Below the pieces are notes generated by a model. That model did not search any database. It worked only from the letters and a program-made list of their open reading frames with translations, and was not told the origin of the DNA. The translations under genes and the position numbers were made by a program. This document shows positions 1 to 12,224 of a stretch of 64,000 bases of DNA, one piece after another (position 1 is the first letter of the stretch; every line of letters starts with the position of its first letter). This DNA is from an uncultured Acidobacteriota bacterium (GTDB lineage: Bacteria > Acidobacteriota > Thermoanaerobaculia > Multivoradales > UBA5704), in contig OY969474.1 in NCBI GenBank assembly GCA_963700145.1, positions 960,001 through 1,024,000 on the forward strand, in the 5' to 3' direction.

Positions 1-765
1 CACGAAGGGCAGCCGCCGGCCGACCAGCGGCAGCACGGCGTGCCGCCCGGCGAGGTGGCGGTAGCGCTCGTCGTCGGGGTGGAAGGCGACGGCGGTGTCG
101 CCGAGCATGGTCTCGGGGCGGGTGGTCGCCACCACCACCCGCTCGTCGCTCCCCTCGACCGGGTAGGCGACGTGCCAGAGGTGGCCGTGCACGGTGCGCG
201 ACTCGACCTCGAGGTCGGAGACCGCGGTCTCCAGGACCGGCGACCAGTTGACCAGGTACTCGCCGCGGTGGATCAGCCCTTCACGGTAGAGGCGGACGAA
301 GGCCTCGCGCACCGCGCGCGACAGCCCTTCGTCGAGCGTGAAGCGCTCGCGGCTCCAGTCGCAGGAGGCGCCCAGCAGGTCGAGCTGGCGGCGGATGCTG
401 CCGTGGTAGCGCCCCTTCCACTCCCACATCCGCTCGAGGAAGCGCTCGCGCCCCAGGCAGCGGCGCTGGATGCCCTCCTCGCGGAGCTGGCGCTCGACCA
501 TGAGCTGGGTGGCGATGCCGGCGTGGTCGGTGCCGGGGAGATAGAGGGCCTCGAACCCCTGCATGCGCTTCCAGCGCGTCAGCAGGTCCTGCAGCGTCGT
601 CTGCAGGGCGTGCCCCATGTGCAGCTTCCCCGTCACGTTGGGGGGCGGGATCATGAGGCAGAACGGGGGCTTCCCTGAGCGCGGGTCCGCCCGGAAGTAG
701 CCCCCCTCCGCCCAGCGCTGCTGCCAGGCGGCTTCGTAGCTCCGCGGATCGAAGCGCTTGTCCAT
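1..765 (-). CDS. valS: Valine--tRNA ligase, 5' part (runs off the window)
   Basis: Minus-strand frame from ATG at 765 reads [11 protein letters not shown]...[15 protein letters not shown]...[11 protein letters not shown], the ValRS HIGH-type motif. Absent from the ORF track because there is no stop in the window. Confidence 0.96.
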   Translation of the reverse strand, partial: MDKRFDPRSYEAAWQQRWAEGGYFRADPRSGKPPFCLMIPPPNVTGKLHMGHALQTTLQDLLTRWKRMQGFEALYLPGTDHAGIATQLMVERQLREEGIQRRCLGRERFLERMWEWKGRYHGSIRRQLDLLGASCDWSRERFTLDEGLSRAVREAFVRLYREGLIHRGEYLVNWSPVLETAVSDLEVESRTVHGHLWHVAYPVEGSDERVVVATTRPETMLGDTAVAFHPDDERYRHLAGRHAVLPLVGRRLPFV

Positions 766-785
766 CTCGGCGGGGGCGCGCCGCG

Positions 786-1679
786 CTACTCGACTTCGCT
801 CTCGAGCTCGCGCAGGCGCTCCTTGATGACGACCTCCGCGAGGTCCGGGACGACCTCCCAGGCGACGTCCCGGAGCACCCGTTCACTCACCAGCTCGGCC
901 ACCCGGCGGGCGATGCGCTCGACATCGCCGTCGGAGAGGCCGATCGGGAAGGGGATCTCGCCCTCGTCCACGGCCGACTCGACCGGCGCGGCGGACTCGC
1001 CCGCCGGGGCGCTGGCCGCGGCCTCGGGCGACGGCGATTCCGGCTGCGGCGCCCCGGCCCGCTCCTCCAGCGTGGTCTCGCCGAGCTGCCGGAAACCGAT
1101 CGCGGGGCGGGGCTCGGCCGGCGGGGCCGGCATCGGCATCGTCGGCGCGTCTCCCCAGCGGAAGGGCTCCTCCTCCGGCTCCTCCTCGAGGAACCGGTCG
1201 TCGGGAGGCTGCACCTCGGTCGGCGCCGGCTCCTCCGACTCGAGCGCCAGGCTGGACCACTCCGGCCCCTCGTCGAGCTCCGCTGCCTCCTCGACGGCCG
1301 CCGGCGCCGGGTTGGCGGCCGGGCCGACCAGCTCGCCGACGCGCTCGAGCAGGTCCTGCGAGTCGAACGGCTTCTTGAGGTAGGAATCGGCCCCCGCCTC
1401 GCGGGCTTTCGCCTCGTCGAACGGCTCGAAGGTGCCGACTAGGAGGAGCACCGGCACGTGCGGATGCAGCTCCTTGGCGCGGCGGCAGACCTCGTAGCCG
1501 TTGGCCCCCGGCATGTGGACGTCGGCGAGGACGATGTCCGGGGCTTCGCGGCCGAGCGCGCCGATGGCCTCGTCGCCGTTGCTGACCGCGGTGACCTCGT
1601 AGTCCTCGTCCATGAAGGTCAGCTCGATCACCTTCTGGATGGTGACGCTGTCGTCGGCCAGCAGGATCCTTCGGCTCAT
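786..1679 (-). CDS. RomR-like response regulator (receiver, acidic/Pro-rich linker, conserved C-terminal helix)
   Basis: N-terminal REC domain (ILLADDS...LADVHMP...KPF). The C-terminus [22 protein letters not shown] resembles the RomR C-terminal motif. Adjacent to valS. Confidence 0.8.
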   Translation of the reverse strand: MSRRILLADDSVTIQKVIELTFMDEDYEVTAVSNGDEAIGALGREAPDIVLADVHMPGANGYEVCRRAKELHPHVPVLLLVGTFEPFDEAKAREAGADSYLKKPFDSQDLLERVGELVGPAANPAPAAVEEAAELDEGPEWSSLALESEEPAPTEVQPPDDRFLEEEPEEEPFRWGDAPTMPMPAPPAEPRPAIGFRQLGETTLEERAGAPQPESPSPEAAASAPAGESAAPVESAVDEGEIPFPIGLSDGDVERIARRVAELVSERVLRDVAWEVVPDLAEVVIKERLRELESEVE

Positions 1680-1711
1680 GGTGCCCTCGGCTGGAGGCGG
1701 TCGCGCCGCGG

Positions 1712-2110
1712 CTAGGCCGCCAGGCGCCCGCGCAGGTAGTCGATGATCTGGCGCGTCGAAGTGCCGGGGAGGAAGAAGGCGTCGATGCCGGCGGTGCGCA
1801 GGCCCGGGATGTCCTGCTCGGGGATGATGCCACCGCAGAAGACGAGGACGTCGTCGGCCCCCTGCTCGCGCAGCAGGCGGGTGATCTCGGGGAGCAGGCT
1901 GTTGTGGGCGCCGGAGAGGATCGAGAGGCCCACGGCGTCCACGTCCTCCTGCACCGCGGCGGCGGCGATCTGCTCCGGCGTCTGGCGCAGGCCGGTGTAG
2001 ATCACCTCGTACCCCGCGTCGCGCAGCGCCCGCGCCACCACCTTCGCCCCCCGATCGTGCCCGTCGAGCCCCGGCTTGGCGATCAGGATGCGGTACCTCC
2101 GCTCGCTCAT
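1712..2110 (-). CDS. Methylmalonyl-CoA mutase, cobalamin-binding small subunit
   Basis: [23 protein letters not shown] contains the DxHxxG B12-binding motif; also SILSGAH and GGIIP. Confidence 0.93.
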   Translation of the reverse strand: MSERRYRILIAKPGLDGHDRGAKVVARALRDAGYEVIYTGLRQTPEQIAAAAVQEDVDAVGLSILSGAHNSLLPEITRLLREQGADDVLVFCGGIIPEQDIPGLRTAGIDAFFLPGTSTRQIIDYLRGRLAA

Positions 2111-2139
2111 CAGGCGAGGGATTGTATCAGGGCGGCGGC

Positions 2140-2565
2140 TCAGCTTTTGGTCACCTGGAGGACGGCGCGGTACTCGCCGCGGGTGACGCGCAGCCCCGAG
2201 GTCTGCTCGGGACGGAGCGCCACCAGCCGGACGGTGTAGCCGGCGTGCGTGGCCTCCTTGGGGCCGACGGTGGTGTTGAGCTCGACGGTCTGCGCGTCGC
2301 CGCCGGCGGCGAGGCGCAGGCGCGCCACGGCGTTGCCGGCGGTGATGCACTGGACATCGACCGGGCAGCGCGAGTCCTCGGGCACGCCGTCGAAGCGCAC
2401 CTCGAGCGCGCCGCCGTCGATCACCGTGCGCTGGCCGATGGCGAGCGTCACGTCCTCGCCGAGAGTGGCCTGCTGCACGCCGCCGTCGCCGCCCGACGGC
2501 GTGCCGGCGCAGGCGAGAAGGAGAAAAGGGATGAGGAAAGCCGGGAGATTGGAGAGGTTGGCCAT
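2140..2565 (-). CDS. Hypothetical lipoprotein
   Basis: [19 protein letters not shown] lipobox and an [15 protein letters not shown] motif. Confidence 0.75.
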   Translation of the reverse strand: MANLSNLPAFLIPFLLLACAGTPSGGDGGVQQATLGEDVTLAIGQRTVIDGGALEVRFDGVPEDSRCPVDVQCITAGNAVARLRLAAGGDAQTVELNTTVGPKEATHAGYTVRLVALRPEQTSGLRVTRGEYRAVLQVTKS

Positions 2566-2573
2566 GGCGGACC

Positions 2574-3077
2574 TCACGCGTGTTGAATGAAGTAGTACAC
2601 GAGGTCGGTCTTCGGCGGCGCGTAGCCCATCTGGCGCAGCATCGAGACGACCTGGCCGCGGTGGTAGCTGGTGTGGTTGACCAGGTGGACGACGGGCTCC
2701 CAGAGCGGCCGCGTGTAGGTGGTGCCCTCGGTCGTCGTCCAGGTGATCGGCGCGGCGAGCTGCTCGTCGGTCAGGGCGGCCAGGAAGGCGTTGACGCCGG
2801 CGGCGTTCTCCTCCCAGCCGGCGATCCAGGACGGCAGGTCGGGGTAGTCCTGCAGCGACGGCACGCGGGCGAGCGGCGGCTGGCCGGAGAAGCGCGACAT
2901 CCACATGCGCTGCGCGCCGAGCATGTGCGCCATGGTGCCGAGCAGCGAGCCGAAGCTGGTGCCGGTGTCGCGCGTCAGGTCCTCGGCGCTGACCGGCCGC
3001 ACCGCCGCCAGGGTGTGGCGGTCGGCCCAGAGCATGTAGAGGAGGAGGTCGCGGGCCGCGCCGGCGGAGATGCTCAT
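2574..3077 (-). CDS. DinB/YfiT family protein
   Basis: Y-x-x-[14 protein letters not shown] and [12 protein letters not shown] His-triad pattern. Confidence 0.9.
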   Translation of the reverse strand: MSISAGAARDLLLYMLWADRHTLAAVRPVSAEDLTRDTGTSFGSLLGTMAHMLGAQRMWMSRFSGQPPLARVPSLQDYPDLPSWIAGWEENAAGVNAFLAALTDEQLAAPITWTTTEGTTYTRPLWEPVVHLVNHTSYHRGQVVSMLRQMGYAPPKTDLVYYFIQHA

Positions 3078-3081
3078 GCGC

Positions 3082-4824
<1,743 letters not shown>

Positions 4825-4926
4825 GGGCGTCCTCCTGCGGCTCCCCAGTATAGAACGACGGTCGCAATAAACCCCGGGGCCGCAGCGGTTCTAGGCTCGA
4901 AGTCCCACGGAGAGAGGAACCTCGCC

Positions 4927-6009
4927 ATGAGCCATCCGTCGTCGCCCTTCGCCGCCGCTCTGCTCGCCGCCCTGCTCGCGGCCGGCGCGTCCGCCTTCGC
5001 CCAGACGCCGCCTCCGGCCCCCCCGGCCGAAACACCGCCGCCGCCCGCGGCCCAGCCGCCGCAGCCCGAGGCGCAGCCGCCGGCCGCCACGCCGGCGCCG
5101 GCGGCGCCCGCCCAGCCCGAGCCGCTCGCGCCCGAGAAGCTGCCCGCCGTGGTCGCCAAGGTCAACGGCCAGGAGATCAAGAAGGACGAGCTGCTCGCCC
5201 AGGTCAAGGGGGCGCCCGGCACGGTGGAAGGCGGGCTCAACGCCGCCTACGCGCGCCAGGTGCTCGACACCCTGATCGCCCGCACCCTGCTGCGCCAGGA
5301 GGCGCTCGCACAGGGGGTGACGGTGACCGACGAGGAGGTCAAGAAGGAGGTGGACTCCCTGCGCGGGCAGTTCCCCTCCCCCGAGGCCTTCGCGCAGGCG
5401 CTGGCGGCCGAGGGGATGAACGAGGAGCAGCTCCTCGCCCGCGCCCGCCAGGAGTTCCTGGTGCAGAAGTACGTCGAGAGCAAGGTCGCCCCCAAGGTGA
5501 CGGTGACCGACGAGTCAGCGAAGGCCTTCTACGACCAGAACCAGGACCGGATGAAGACCCCCGAGCGGCTCCACCTGCGGCACATCCTGGTCGGGTTCGA
5601 GCCCACCGCCACGCCCGAGGACAAGCAAAAGGCCAAGAGCGAGGCCGACGAGGTGCTTGCCAAGGTCAAGGCCGGCGGCGACTTCGCCGCGCTGGCCAAG
5701 GAGCACTCCGACGACCCGGGCTCGAAGGAGACCGGGGGCGACCTCGCCTGGATCGCCGCCGGGCAGACCGTCGAGCCTTTCGAGAAGGCCGCCTTCGCGC
5801 TCAAGGACCAGGAGGTGAGCGGCGTCGTCGAGACCCGCTTCGGCTACCACGTCATCCAGAGGCTCGAAACCCAGCCCGCCGGGGTGATGCCCTTCGACGA
5901 GGTCAAGGAGCGCATCCGCCAGTTCCTCAAGCAGCGCGACACCCAGCAGGCCCTGCAGGCCGAGATCCAGGCGCTGCGCGCCAAGGGGAAGGTCGAAACC
6001 TTTATCTAA
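4927..6009 (+). CDS. SurA/PrsA-like parvulin peptidyl-prolyl isomerase
   Basis: Signal peptide, Pro-rich linker, VAKVNGQEI, RHIL, FAALAKEHSDD-GS-GGDL, VETRFGYHVI. RBS GAGGA lies upstream of ATG 4927. Confidence 0.92.
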   Translation: MSHPSSPFAAALLAALLAAGASAFAQTPPPAPPAETPPPPAAQPPQPEAQPPAATPAPAAPAQPEPLAPEKLPAVVAKVNGQEIKKDELLAQVKGAPGTVEGGLNAAYARQVLDTLIARTLLRQEALAQGVTVTDEEVKKEVDSLRGQFPSPEAFAQALAAEGMNEEQLLARARQEFLVQKYVESKVAPKVTVTDESAKAFYDQNQDRMKTPERLHLRHILVGFEPTATPEDKQKAKSEADEVLAKVKAGGDFAALAKEHSDDPGSKETGGDLAWIAAGQTVEPFEKAAFALKDQEVSGVVETRFGYHVIQRLETQPAGVMPFDEVKERIRQFLKQRDTQQALQAEIQALRAKGKVETFI

Positions 6010-6085
6010 GCAACGGGGATACACTGGGGGAGGTGTCCGCGATGACGCGGCCCCGATCGGGCCCTCCCGGCCCAGGAGGTGCGGC

Positions 6086-6598
6086 ATGCAGCGATCCCTT
6101 CCCCTCGCAGTCCTCCTCACCCTGCTCGTCGCAACCGGCGCCGCGTCTGCCGCCGAGGTCCACCTGGCCACCACTCTCCGCGGCTTCGAAGAGGTGCCCG
6201 TCGTCTCCAGCGCCGCAGGCGGCACGTTCACGGCTACCCTGAGCGACGACCGCACGAGCATCGACTACGAGGTCAACTACACCCTCAGCGGCCACGTCAC
6301 GCAGGCCCACATCCACATCGGGCAGAAAGACGTCAACGGCGGCATCATGATCTGGCTCTGCTCGAACCTGGCGAGCCCGCCGACGCCGCCGGGGACGCAG
6401 GCCTGTCCCGACTCGCCCGGCACCATCCACGGCACGATCACGGCCGCCAACGTGGTCGGTCCCGGCGGCCAGGGAATCTCGCCCGGCGAGTTCTTCGAGG
6501 CCCAGCGCGCCATCCTGCGCGGCGTGGCCTACGCCAACGTCCACAGCGACCTCTTCCCAGGGGGCGAGATCCGGGGGCAGATCCAGGTAGTGCCCTAG
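6086..6598 (+). CDS. CHRD domain secreted protein
   Basis: Signal peptide, L-G-EEVP, AHIHIG, YANVHS-FPGGEIRGQI. Confidence 0.9.
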   Translation: MQRSLPLAVLLTLLVATGAASAAEVHLATTLRGFEEVPVVSSAAGGTFTATLSDDRTSIDYEVNYTLSGHVTQAHIHIGQKDVNGGIMIWLCSNLASPPTPPGTQACPDSPGTIHGTITAANVVGPGGQGISPGEFFEAQRAILRGVAYANVHSDLFPGGEIRGQIQVVP

Positions 6599-6606
6599 GC
6601 GCCCGG

Positions 6607-7896
6607 TCAGTCCTCGTCTGCGAAGTCTCCGATGGCCAGCTGGCGCGGCGTCGTGTCGAGCCCTTCCAGCAGCTCGATCTCCTCGCCGGTCGCCGCGCCC
6701 AGCTCCTTGAAGCGGCGGGCAGCGGGGAAGACGCGGGTCTCGAGCGACCCGACCGCCTGGTTGTAGCTCTCGACCGCCCGTTCTAGGCCGCGCTTCATGC
6801 CGACGAAGTGGCCGGCGAGGGTGCGCAGCCGCTCGTAGAGCTGGCGGCCGAGGTCGCTGATCGCCCGCGCGTTCTCCTCGACCTGCTCCTGCCGCCAGCC
6901 GTAGGCGACGGCGCGGAGCAGAGCGATGAGCGTCGTCGGAGTGGCGAGGATCACCTTCTGCTCGACCCCCACCTCGATGAGGCTCGGGTCCTGCTCGAGG
7001 GCGGCGCTGAAGAAGGTCTCGCCGGGTAGGAAGAGCACCACGAACTCCGGCGCCGGATCGAACTGGCTCCAATAGCTCTTCAAGGAGAGCTTGCCGAGGT
7101 GGGCGCGGATCTGGCGCGCGTGGTCGCGCAGCCGCGCCCGCCGCACCTCCTCGTCCGGCGCCTCGAGGGCGTCGAGGTAGGCCTCGAGCGGCGCCTTCGA
7201 GTCCACGACCACGTGCTTGCGATTCGGCAGGCGGATGAGCAGGTCGGGGCGGAGGCGCCCCTCCTCCGTCGTCACCGAGGGCTGCGGGGAGAAGTCGCAG
7301 TAGGCGATCATCCCCGCCATCTCCACCACCCGTTGGAGCTGGATCTCCCCCCAGCGGCCGCGCGTCGCCGGGGCGCGCAGCGCCGAGACCAGCCGGCCGG
7401 TCTCCCGCTGCAGGTCGGCCTGGCTGGCGGTCAGGGTCTGCAGGTGCTCGGCGAGGCCGCTGTAGGCCACCACCCGCGCCGTCTCGATCTCCTGCAGCCG
7501 CTGGTCCACCCGCTGCAGCGAGTCCTTGAGCGGCAGCACGAGCTGGTCGATCGCCTGCTGGCGCAGCTCGAGGTCGCCGCGCGCCTCCTGCTGGTAGGCC
7601 TCGAGCGCCGTCTTGGCGAGGCGGAGGAAGTCGTCGCCGCTGTTGCGGAGGGCCTCGGCCGAGAGCGCTTTGAAGGCGTCGGAGAGCTTGCGCTCGGCGT
7701 CGTCGAGGACGGCCAGCTTCTCCGCCGCGCCCTCGCGCTCCTTCTCGATCGTGGTCTCGAGCCGCGCGACGTCGGCCTGGAGGCGCCCGCGCTCCTCGCG
7801 CAGCCGGGCCAGAGCCCGCTCGCGGACGACCCACGCGGCGAGCGCGCCGAGGGCCGCCGCCGCGGCGACGGCGAGGAGGAGGGTCAGCGCGTCCAC
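6607..7896 (-). CDS. rmuC: DNA recombination protein RmuC
   Basis: N-terminal TM helix and coiled coil; RGRWGEIQL, RPDLLIRLP, VVDSKAP, FVVLFLPGE, ATPTTLIALL. GTG start inferred. Confidence 0.92.
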   Translation of the reverse strand: MDALTLLLAVAAAAALGALAAWVVRERALARLREERGRLQADVARLETTIEKEREGAAEKLAVLDDAERKLSDAFKALSAEALRNSGDDFLRLAKTALEAYQQEARGDLELRQQAIDQLVLPLKDSLQRVDQRLQEIETARVVAYSGLAEHLQTLTASQADLQRETGRLVSALRAPATRGRWGEIQLQRVVEMAGMIAYCDFSPQPSVTTEEGRLRPDLLIRLPNRKHVVVDSKAPLEAYLDALEAPDEEVRRARLRDHARQIRAHLGKLSLKSYWSQFDPAPEFVVLFLPGETFFSAALEQDPSLIEVGVEQKVILATPTTLIALLRAVAYGWRQEQVEENARAISDLGRQLYERLRTLAGHFVGMKRGLERAVESYNQAVGSLETRVFPAARRFKELGAATGEEIELLEGLDTTPRQLAIGDFADED

Positions 7897-7900
7897 TGCC

Positions 7901-9088
7901 TCAGCCCTTGAGGACCTGCCGGGCGATGACCAGCCGCTGCATCTCGCTGGTCCCTTCGTAGATCGTCGTGACGCGCACGTCGCGGTAGAGGCGGGAGATC
8001 TCGTAGTCGGCGTGGAAGCCGTTGCCGCCGTGGATCTGGAGGCTCTCGGCGCAGGCGCGGTTGGCCGCCTCGCTGGCGTAGAGCTTGGCCTGGGCGGCGA
8101 GGCGGCCGGCCTCCCGGGCGTGCTCGCGCGCGGCCGCCGAGTGGGTGAGGGCGCGGGCGGCGGCGAGCTCGGTCGCGGTCTGGGCGAGCTTGAACTGGAT
8201 CGCCTGGTGCTCGGCGATGGGACGGCCGAACTGCACCCGGTCGCGCGCGTACTCGGCGGCCAGCTCGAGGGCGCGGCGGTGGATGCCGACGGCCTGGGCG
8301 GCGATGCCGAGCCGCGAATGGTCGAGGGTGGCGAGGGCGATCTTGAACCCCTCGCCTTCGGCGCCCAGGAGGTTGCCGGCCGGGACGCGGCAGCCGGTGA
8401 AGACGAGCGGGGCGGTGCGCGAGGCGCGGAGCCCCAGCTTCTCCTCCGGCGCGCCGACCGCGAAGCCCGGCGCGTCCGCCGGTACGACGAACGCCGACAG
8501 CCCGCGCTTGCCGGCCGCCGGATCGGTCCGCGCCACGACGACGTAGTAGCGCGCGTATCCCGCGTTGGTGATCCAGGCCTTCTCACCGTCGAGCACCCAG
8601 GCGTCGCCGTCCCGCACCGCCTTGGTGCGCAGGCTCCCCGCGTCGCTTCCCGAGGAGGGCTCGGTCAAGCCGAAGCCGCCGAGGGCGCCGCCGGCCAGCT
8701 CCGGCAGCACCCGCCGCCGCAGCTCGTCGCCGCCGAAGTGCTGGATCGGCCAGCAGCAGACCGAGTTGGTGACGGAGACCGTCACCGCCGTCGCCGGGCA
8801 GACGCGCGCCAGCTCCTCGATCGCCAGGACGTAGGTCAGGGCGTCGAGCCCGGCGCCCCCCCACCGCTCCTCGACCAGCATGCCGAGCAGCCCCAGCTCC
8901 CCGAGCTCGGCGATCAGCTCCTCGGGGAAGCGGTGCTCGCGGTCGCGCTCGGCGGTGCCGGGGCGGATGCGCTCCTCGGCGAAACGGCGGACCTGCTCGA
9001 CCAGGAGCTCCTGGTCTTCCGTCAGCGCGAAGTCGAGGCCGGGGGCGGTGGGCGCGGGGGCTGGGGCGGTGGGGGCTGCGATGGCCAT
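7901..9088 (-). CDS. Acyl-CoA dehydrogenase
   Basis: FGLTEPSSGSDA, GEKAWITN, IHGGNG, IYEGTSEMQRLVIA. Confidence 0.94.
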   Translation of the reverse strand: MAIAAPTAPAPAPTAPGLDFALTEDQELLVEQVRRFAEERIRPGTAERDREHRFPEELIAELGELGLLGMLVEERWGGAGLDALTYVLAIEELARVCPATAVTVSVTNSVCCWPIQHFGGDELRRRVLPELAGGALGGFGLTEPSSGSDAGSLRTKAVRDGDAWVLDGEKAWITNAGYARYYVVVARTDPAAGKRGLSAFVVPADAPGFAVGAPEEKLGLRASRTAPLVFTGCRVPAGNLLGAEGEGFKIALATLDHSRLGIAAQAVGIHRRALELAAEYARDRVQFGRPIAEHQAIQFKLAQTATELAAARALTHSAAAREHAREAGRLAAQAKLYASEAANRACAESLQIHGGNGFHADYEISRLYRDVRVTTIYEGTSEMQRLVIARQVLKG

Positions 9089-9102
9089 CGGGGCCGGCGC
9101 CG

Positions 9103-10248
9103 TCAGGCGCGGTTCAAGACCCAATCGGCGATCACCATCTTCTGGATCTCGCTCGTGCCCTCGTAGATCTCGGTGATGCGGGCGTCGCGGAAGTAGCGCT
9201 CGACGTTGTACTCCTTGGTGTAGCCGTAGCCGCCGTGGATCTGGAGCGCCTTGTTGGTCACCCGCTGCGCCATCTCGGAGGCGAAGAGCTTGGCCTGCGC
9301 CGCCTCCAGGGTGAAGCGCTTGCCGGCGTCCTTGGCCCAAGCGGCCTTCCAGGTGAGGAGGCGGGCGGCGTCGAGCTCGGTCTGCATGTCGGCGAGATAG
9401 AACTGAATGGCCTGGAACTCGGCGAGCTTCTGGTTGAACTGCTCGCGCTGCTGGGCGTAAGCGAGCGCTTCCTCGAAGGCGCCCTGGGCGATCCCCACCG
9501 CCTGGGCCGCGATGCCGATGCGGCCGCCGTCGAGGGTGCTCATCGCCACCTTGAAGCCTTCGCCCTCGGCACCCAGCCGCTGCCGCGCCGGCACCCGCAT
9601 GTCGGTGAAGGCGAGCTCCGTGGTGCCCGAGGCGTTGACGCCGAGCTTGAACTCGTGGGTGCCGTGGGAGTAGCCGGGGGTGTCGGCGGGGACGATGAAG
9701 GCGGTGATCCCCTTGTGCCGCTTCGCCAGGTCGATGCTGGCGAAGACCAGGGCGACGTCGGCGTCGGTGCCGTTGGTGATGAAGACTTTGTTGCCGTTGA
9801 GGACGTAGTCGTCGCCGTCGCGGACGGCGGTCGAGCGGAGGCCGGCGGCGTCGCTCCCGGCGCCCGGCTCGGTGAGGGCGAAGCAGCCGAGCTTCTCGCC
9901 GCGCGCCAGCGGCGCCAGGAACTCCTGCTTCTGCTCCTCGCTGCCGAACTTGAGCAGCGGGTCGCAGACCAGCGAGTTGTTGACCGAGAGGATGACGCCG
10001 GAGGTGGCGCAGACCCGGCTCACCTCCTCGATCGCCAGGCAATAGGAGACGGTGTCCATGCCGGCGCCACCGTACTCCTCGGGGACGGTGACGCCGGCGA
10101 GCCCCAGCTCCCCCGCCTGGTCGTAGAAGGAGCGCGGGAACTCGCCCGTCTCGTCGATCTCCTTGGCGCGCGGCGCCACCACCTCTTCGGCGAAGCGGCG
10201 CACGTTCTCGCGCAGCAGCTTGTGCTCTTCGGTCAGCTCGATCTGCAT
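9103..10248 (-). CDS. Acyl-CoA dehydrogenase (short-chain type)
   Basis: [38 protein letters not shown]. Confidence 0.95.
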   Translation of the reverse strand: MQIELTEEHKLLRENVRRFAEEVVAPRAKEIDETGEFPRSFYDQAGELGLAGVTVPEEYGGAGMDTVSYCLAIEEVSRVCATSGVILSVNNSLVCDPLLKFGSEEQKQEFLAPLARGEKLGCFALTEPGAGSDAAGLRSTAVRDGDDYVLNGNKVFITNGTDADVALVFASIDLAKRHKGITAFIVPADTPGYSHGTHEFKLGVNASGTTELAFTDMRVPARQRLGAEGEGFKVAMSTLDGGRIGIAAQAVGIAQGAFEEALAYAQQREQFNQKLAEFQAIQFYLADMQTELDAARLLTWKAAWAKDAGKRFTLEAAQAKLFASEMAQRVTNKALQIHGGYGYTKEYNVERYFRDARITEIYEGTSEIQKMVIADWVLNRA

Positions 10249-10302
10249 GCGGCGATGGTATGCGCCGGTCGCCGGGAGGGTCAAGGAACTAGAATCCTCG
10301 CC

Positions 10303-10551
10303 ATGCGACGCGACGAGCCGCTCGATTACACCGAGGTCGAGGTCCGCAGCTACCTCCCCACCGGCTGGGACCTGACGCGCGACGGACGCGGGAGCTGGGA
10401 CGCCAAGGAGCGCGCCTGGCGGCTCTCCGTCGTCGACAACGTGGAGTTCGACTGGCCGGTCGAGGTGGAGGCCGACGAGGCGGCCGAGCACGGCCGCCTC
10501 GAGGCGCTCCGCCAGGCGATGGACCGGGTCTACCGCGAGCGGCTGGGGTAG
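10303..10551 (+). CDS. Small hypothetical protein
   Basis: 82 aa ORF (MRRDEPLDYTEVEVRSYLPTGW...) with host-like GC3 codon usage. Confidence 0.7.
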   Translation: MRRDEPLDYTEVEVRSYLPTGWDLTRDGRGSWDAKERAWRLSVVDNVEFDWPVEVEADEAAEHGRLEALRQAMDRVYRERLG

Positions 10552-10558
10552 CGCCGCA

Positions 10559-10760
10559 TCACGGCGGGCACCTCCAGTAGACGACCTGCGCGTTGCAGTC
10601 GACGACGTACTTCAGCTCGGACCGGCAGGCCTGCGCGCCGTCGCCGCAGCTCGTGTCAAGCACGCCGTTGATGCGCTCCCATTTGACCAGGCCAGCCCCT
10701 TCCAGGCGTCGGTGCGCGGATGAGCCACTGCTCGTACCAGTAGTGCTCGGTGTACGGGCC
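10559..10760 (-). pseudogene. Frameshifted 3' gene remnant
   Basis: Reads GPYTEHYWYEQW, then after a frameshift GLVKWERINGVLDTSCGDG...VVYWRCPP-stop with GC3-rich codons. No 5' part is present. Confidence 0.35.
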
Positions 10761-10951
10761 CGACTGCCGGGTTTCTCGGGCGTGCCGCCGGCGGCGCATA
10801 GGGGAAGACGTCGGGCAGGTAGGCGGCAGCTCGATAGTCGTCAGCATGACGAGCGGCGCCGGGAAGCCGTGACGGCCGCCGCTGCGGTCGATCATCGGCC
10901 TAAGGCAACCGGCCGCGCGCCGTGCGCCTCTGCCACCGCGATCTTCTCGCG
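10760..10951 (-). pseudogene. Degenerate duplicate of the pyrE 3' end
   Basis: Aligns by eye with 12231-12426 (e.g. gggaagccgtgacggccgccgctgcggtcgatcatcg vs gggaagccgtggcggccgccgctgcggtcgatgatcg). Encodes IDRSGGRHGFPAPLV but carries indels. Confidence 0.85.
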
Positions 10952-11193
10952 TATCGGGCGCAGGCAAGAGGGGGCAGCAAGCGCCTCTCGCTCGCCAACC
11001 CGCGTGGGCAAGGGGAACTCGATTGGCCAGTCGAAGTGACCCGTGACGAGGCTGCGGTTGCTGGGCCGCATTGAAGCCCTCTTCCGGGCCGTGGACCAGG
11101 ACTATCAAGAACGGCTGGGGTAGGGAGCGGACCGGAAGTGGCTGGGGGTTCCTCGGCAACGTTACCTAGGAACCCCCAAGAGGTAGGCAGTGC

Positions 11194-11490
11194 CTATAGG
11201 GGTACGATTACTTCCTTAATGACGTCGCCGTTGGGCCGAACTACGACCAACCTGCAACCTGCTTCCAGGTCCGGCAGGACCGTCTCCAGAAGGGCGACGC
11301 CCGTCTTGACGAAGTTCGTCATCGAGGTGCTTGACTTCCTAGACTGGGCTCGAAGCCGACGATATCTAGATTCCGGGAGGTTCATGTTTAGCCTGCGGAC
11401 AGGTTCACCTGGAACTGCGTCTCCAGGCGGCTCTCCGCCTCCCGGGGTTTCGAGAAGGTCCTTCTCTGGGCTAGGCAGAGCTCTCGTCAT
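11194..11490 (-). CDS. Small ribbon-helix-helix (CopG-like) DNA-binding protein
   Basis: RRLNMNLPESRYRRLRAQS...SMTNFVKTGVALL strand-helix-helix pattern; RBS AAGGAGG upstream. Confidence 0.65.
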   Translation of the reverse strand: MTRALPSPEKDLLETPGGGEPPGDAVPGEPVRRLNMNLPESRYRRLRAQSRKSSTSMTNFVKTGVALLETVLPDLEAGCRLVVVRPNGDVIKEVIVPL

Positions 11491-11876
11491 GGTGCACGCC
11501 TCCTTCGGTTTTTATGTCAGTCCTTGGAACGCCTGAAACTCACCTTTGAGTACACATCTTGTGCCCCTTGTATGCCTTCCTCTCTATACATTATGACTGT
11601 AGAGAGACGCCAACTCATTGTCAAGTCTATGCTCTCCTAGGATTTCGCTCTTCGACACTGGCCTACCTCTAGTATTTGCCGAAGCTTCGAGAGGATCGTT
11701 CCTCAGGCCTTGCCCATGCCTTGCCCCCTCAGCCCTTGCACTGAGCAGGCCATGCTATTATGGCATTAGAAGCCCTGCGAACTCATATGTTGGGCGGGTT
11801 GACACGTAGGATTGACGTAGCATAGTCTCATGCGCAATGGAGTAGGTGTCCCCGAGACCAAGGGAGGGCCAGCGCA

Positions 11877-12221
11877 ATGAGACGGGTACCAGACCTGCCC
11901 CTTGAAGGAAGTGGTGAAGTCGGTGAACAACAGCCTCTTGTCACCGTCCAGGACTACTCTGATGATCCGCGCGAGCAAGTCGTGGCAAAGAGCTTGCTGC
12001 GTGAAGTTGGTGGTAACCAGGTGGCGCTTAGGGTTGTAACCATCGTGCTTGGTGGCGGTTACGCTATGGGGTTGCTTCTCATTGGCCTTCTTGGCTACAA
12101 CCTGCAATACCTCCCTCCGCAGCAGCGCATCGACATCCTGAACGGCCTGCTTTGGCCTCTGGTTGGTGGGGCAGGTGCAGCTGCCCTTGCCGCCATTCTT
12201 CGACACTACTTTCGCAGGTAA
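11877..12221 (+). CDS. Small two-TM membrane protein
   Basis: RBS GGGAGG, two hydrophobic segments, low-GC codons. Confidence 0.6.
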   Translation: MRRVPDLPLEGSGEVGEQQPLVTVQDYSDDPREQVVAKSLLREVGGNQVALRVVTIVLGGGYAMGLLLIGLLGYNLQYLPPQQRIDILNGLLWPLVGGAGAAALAAILRHYFRR

Positions 12222-12224
12222 ACA

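Larger units (their letters stand above)
10952..12224. mobile_element. Low-GC insert or island remnant between pyrE and its decayed 3' copy
   Basis: Abrupt drop in GC, A/T-ending codons, and a flanking pyrE-derived direct repeat. No integrase is visible. Confidence 0.6.
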
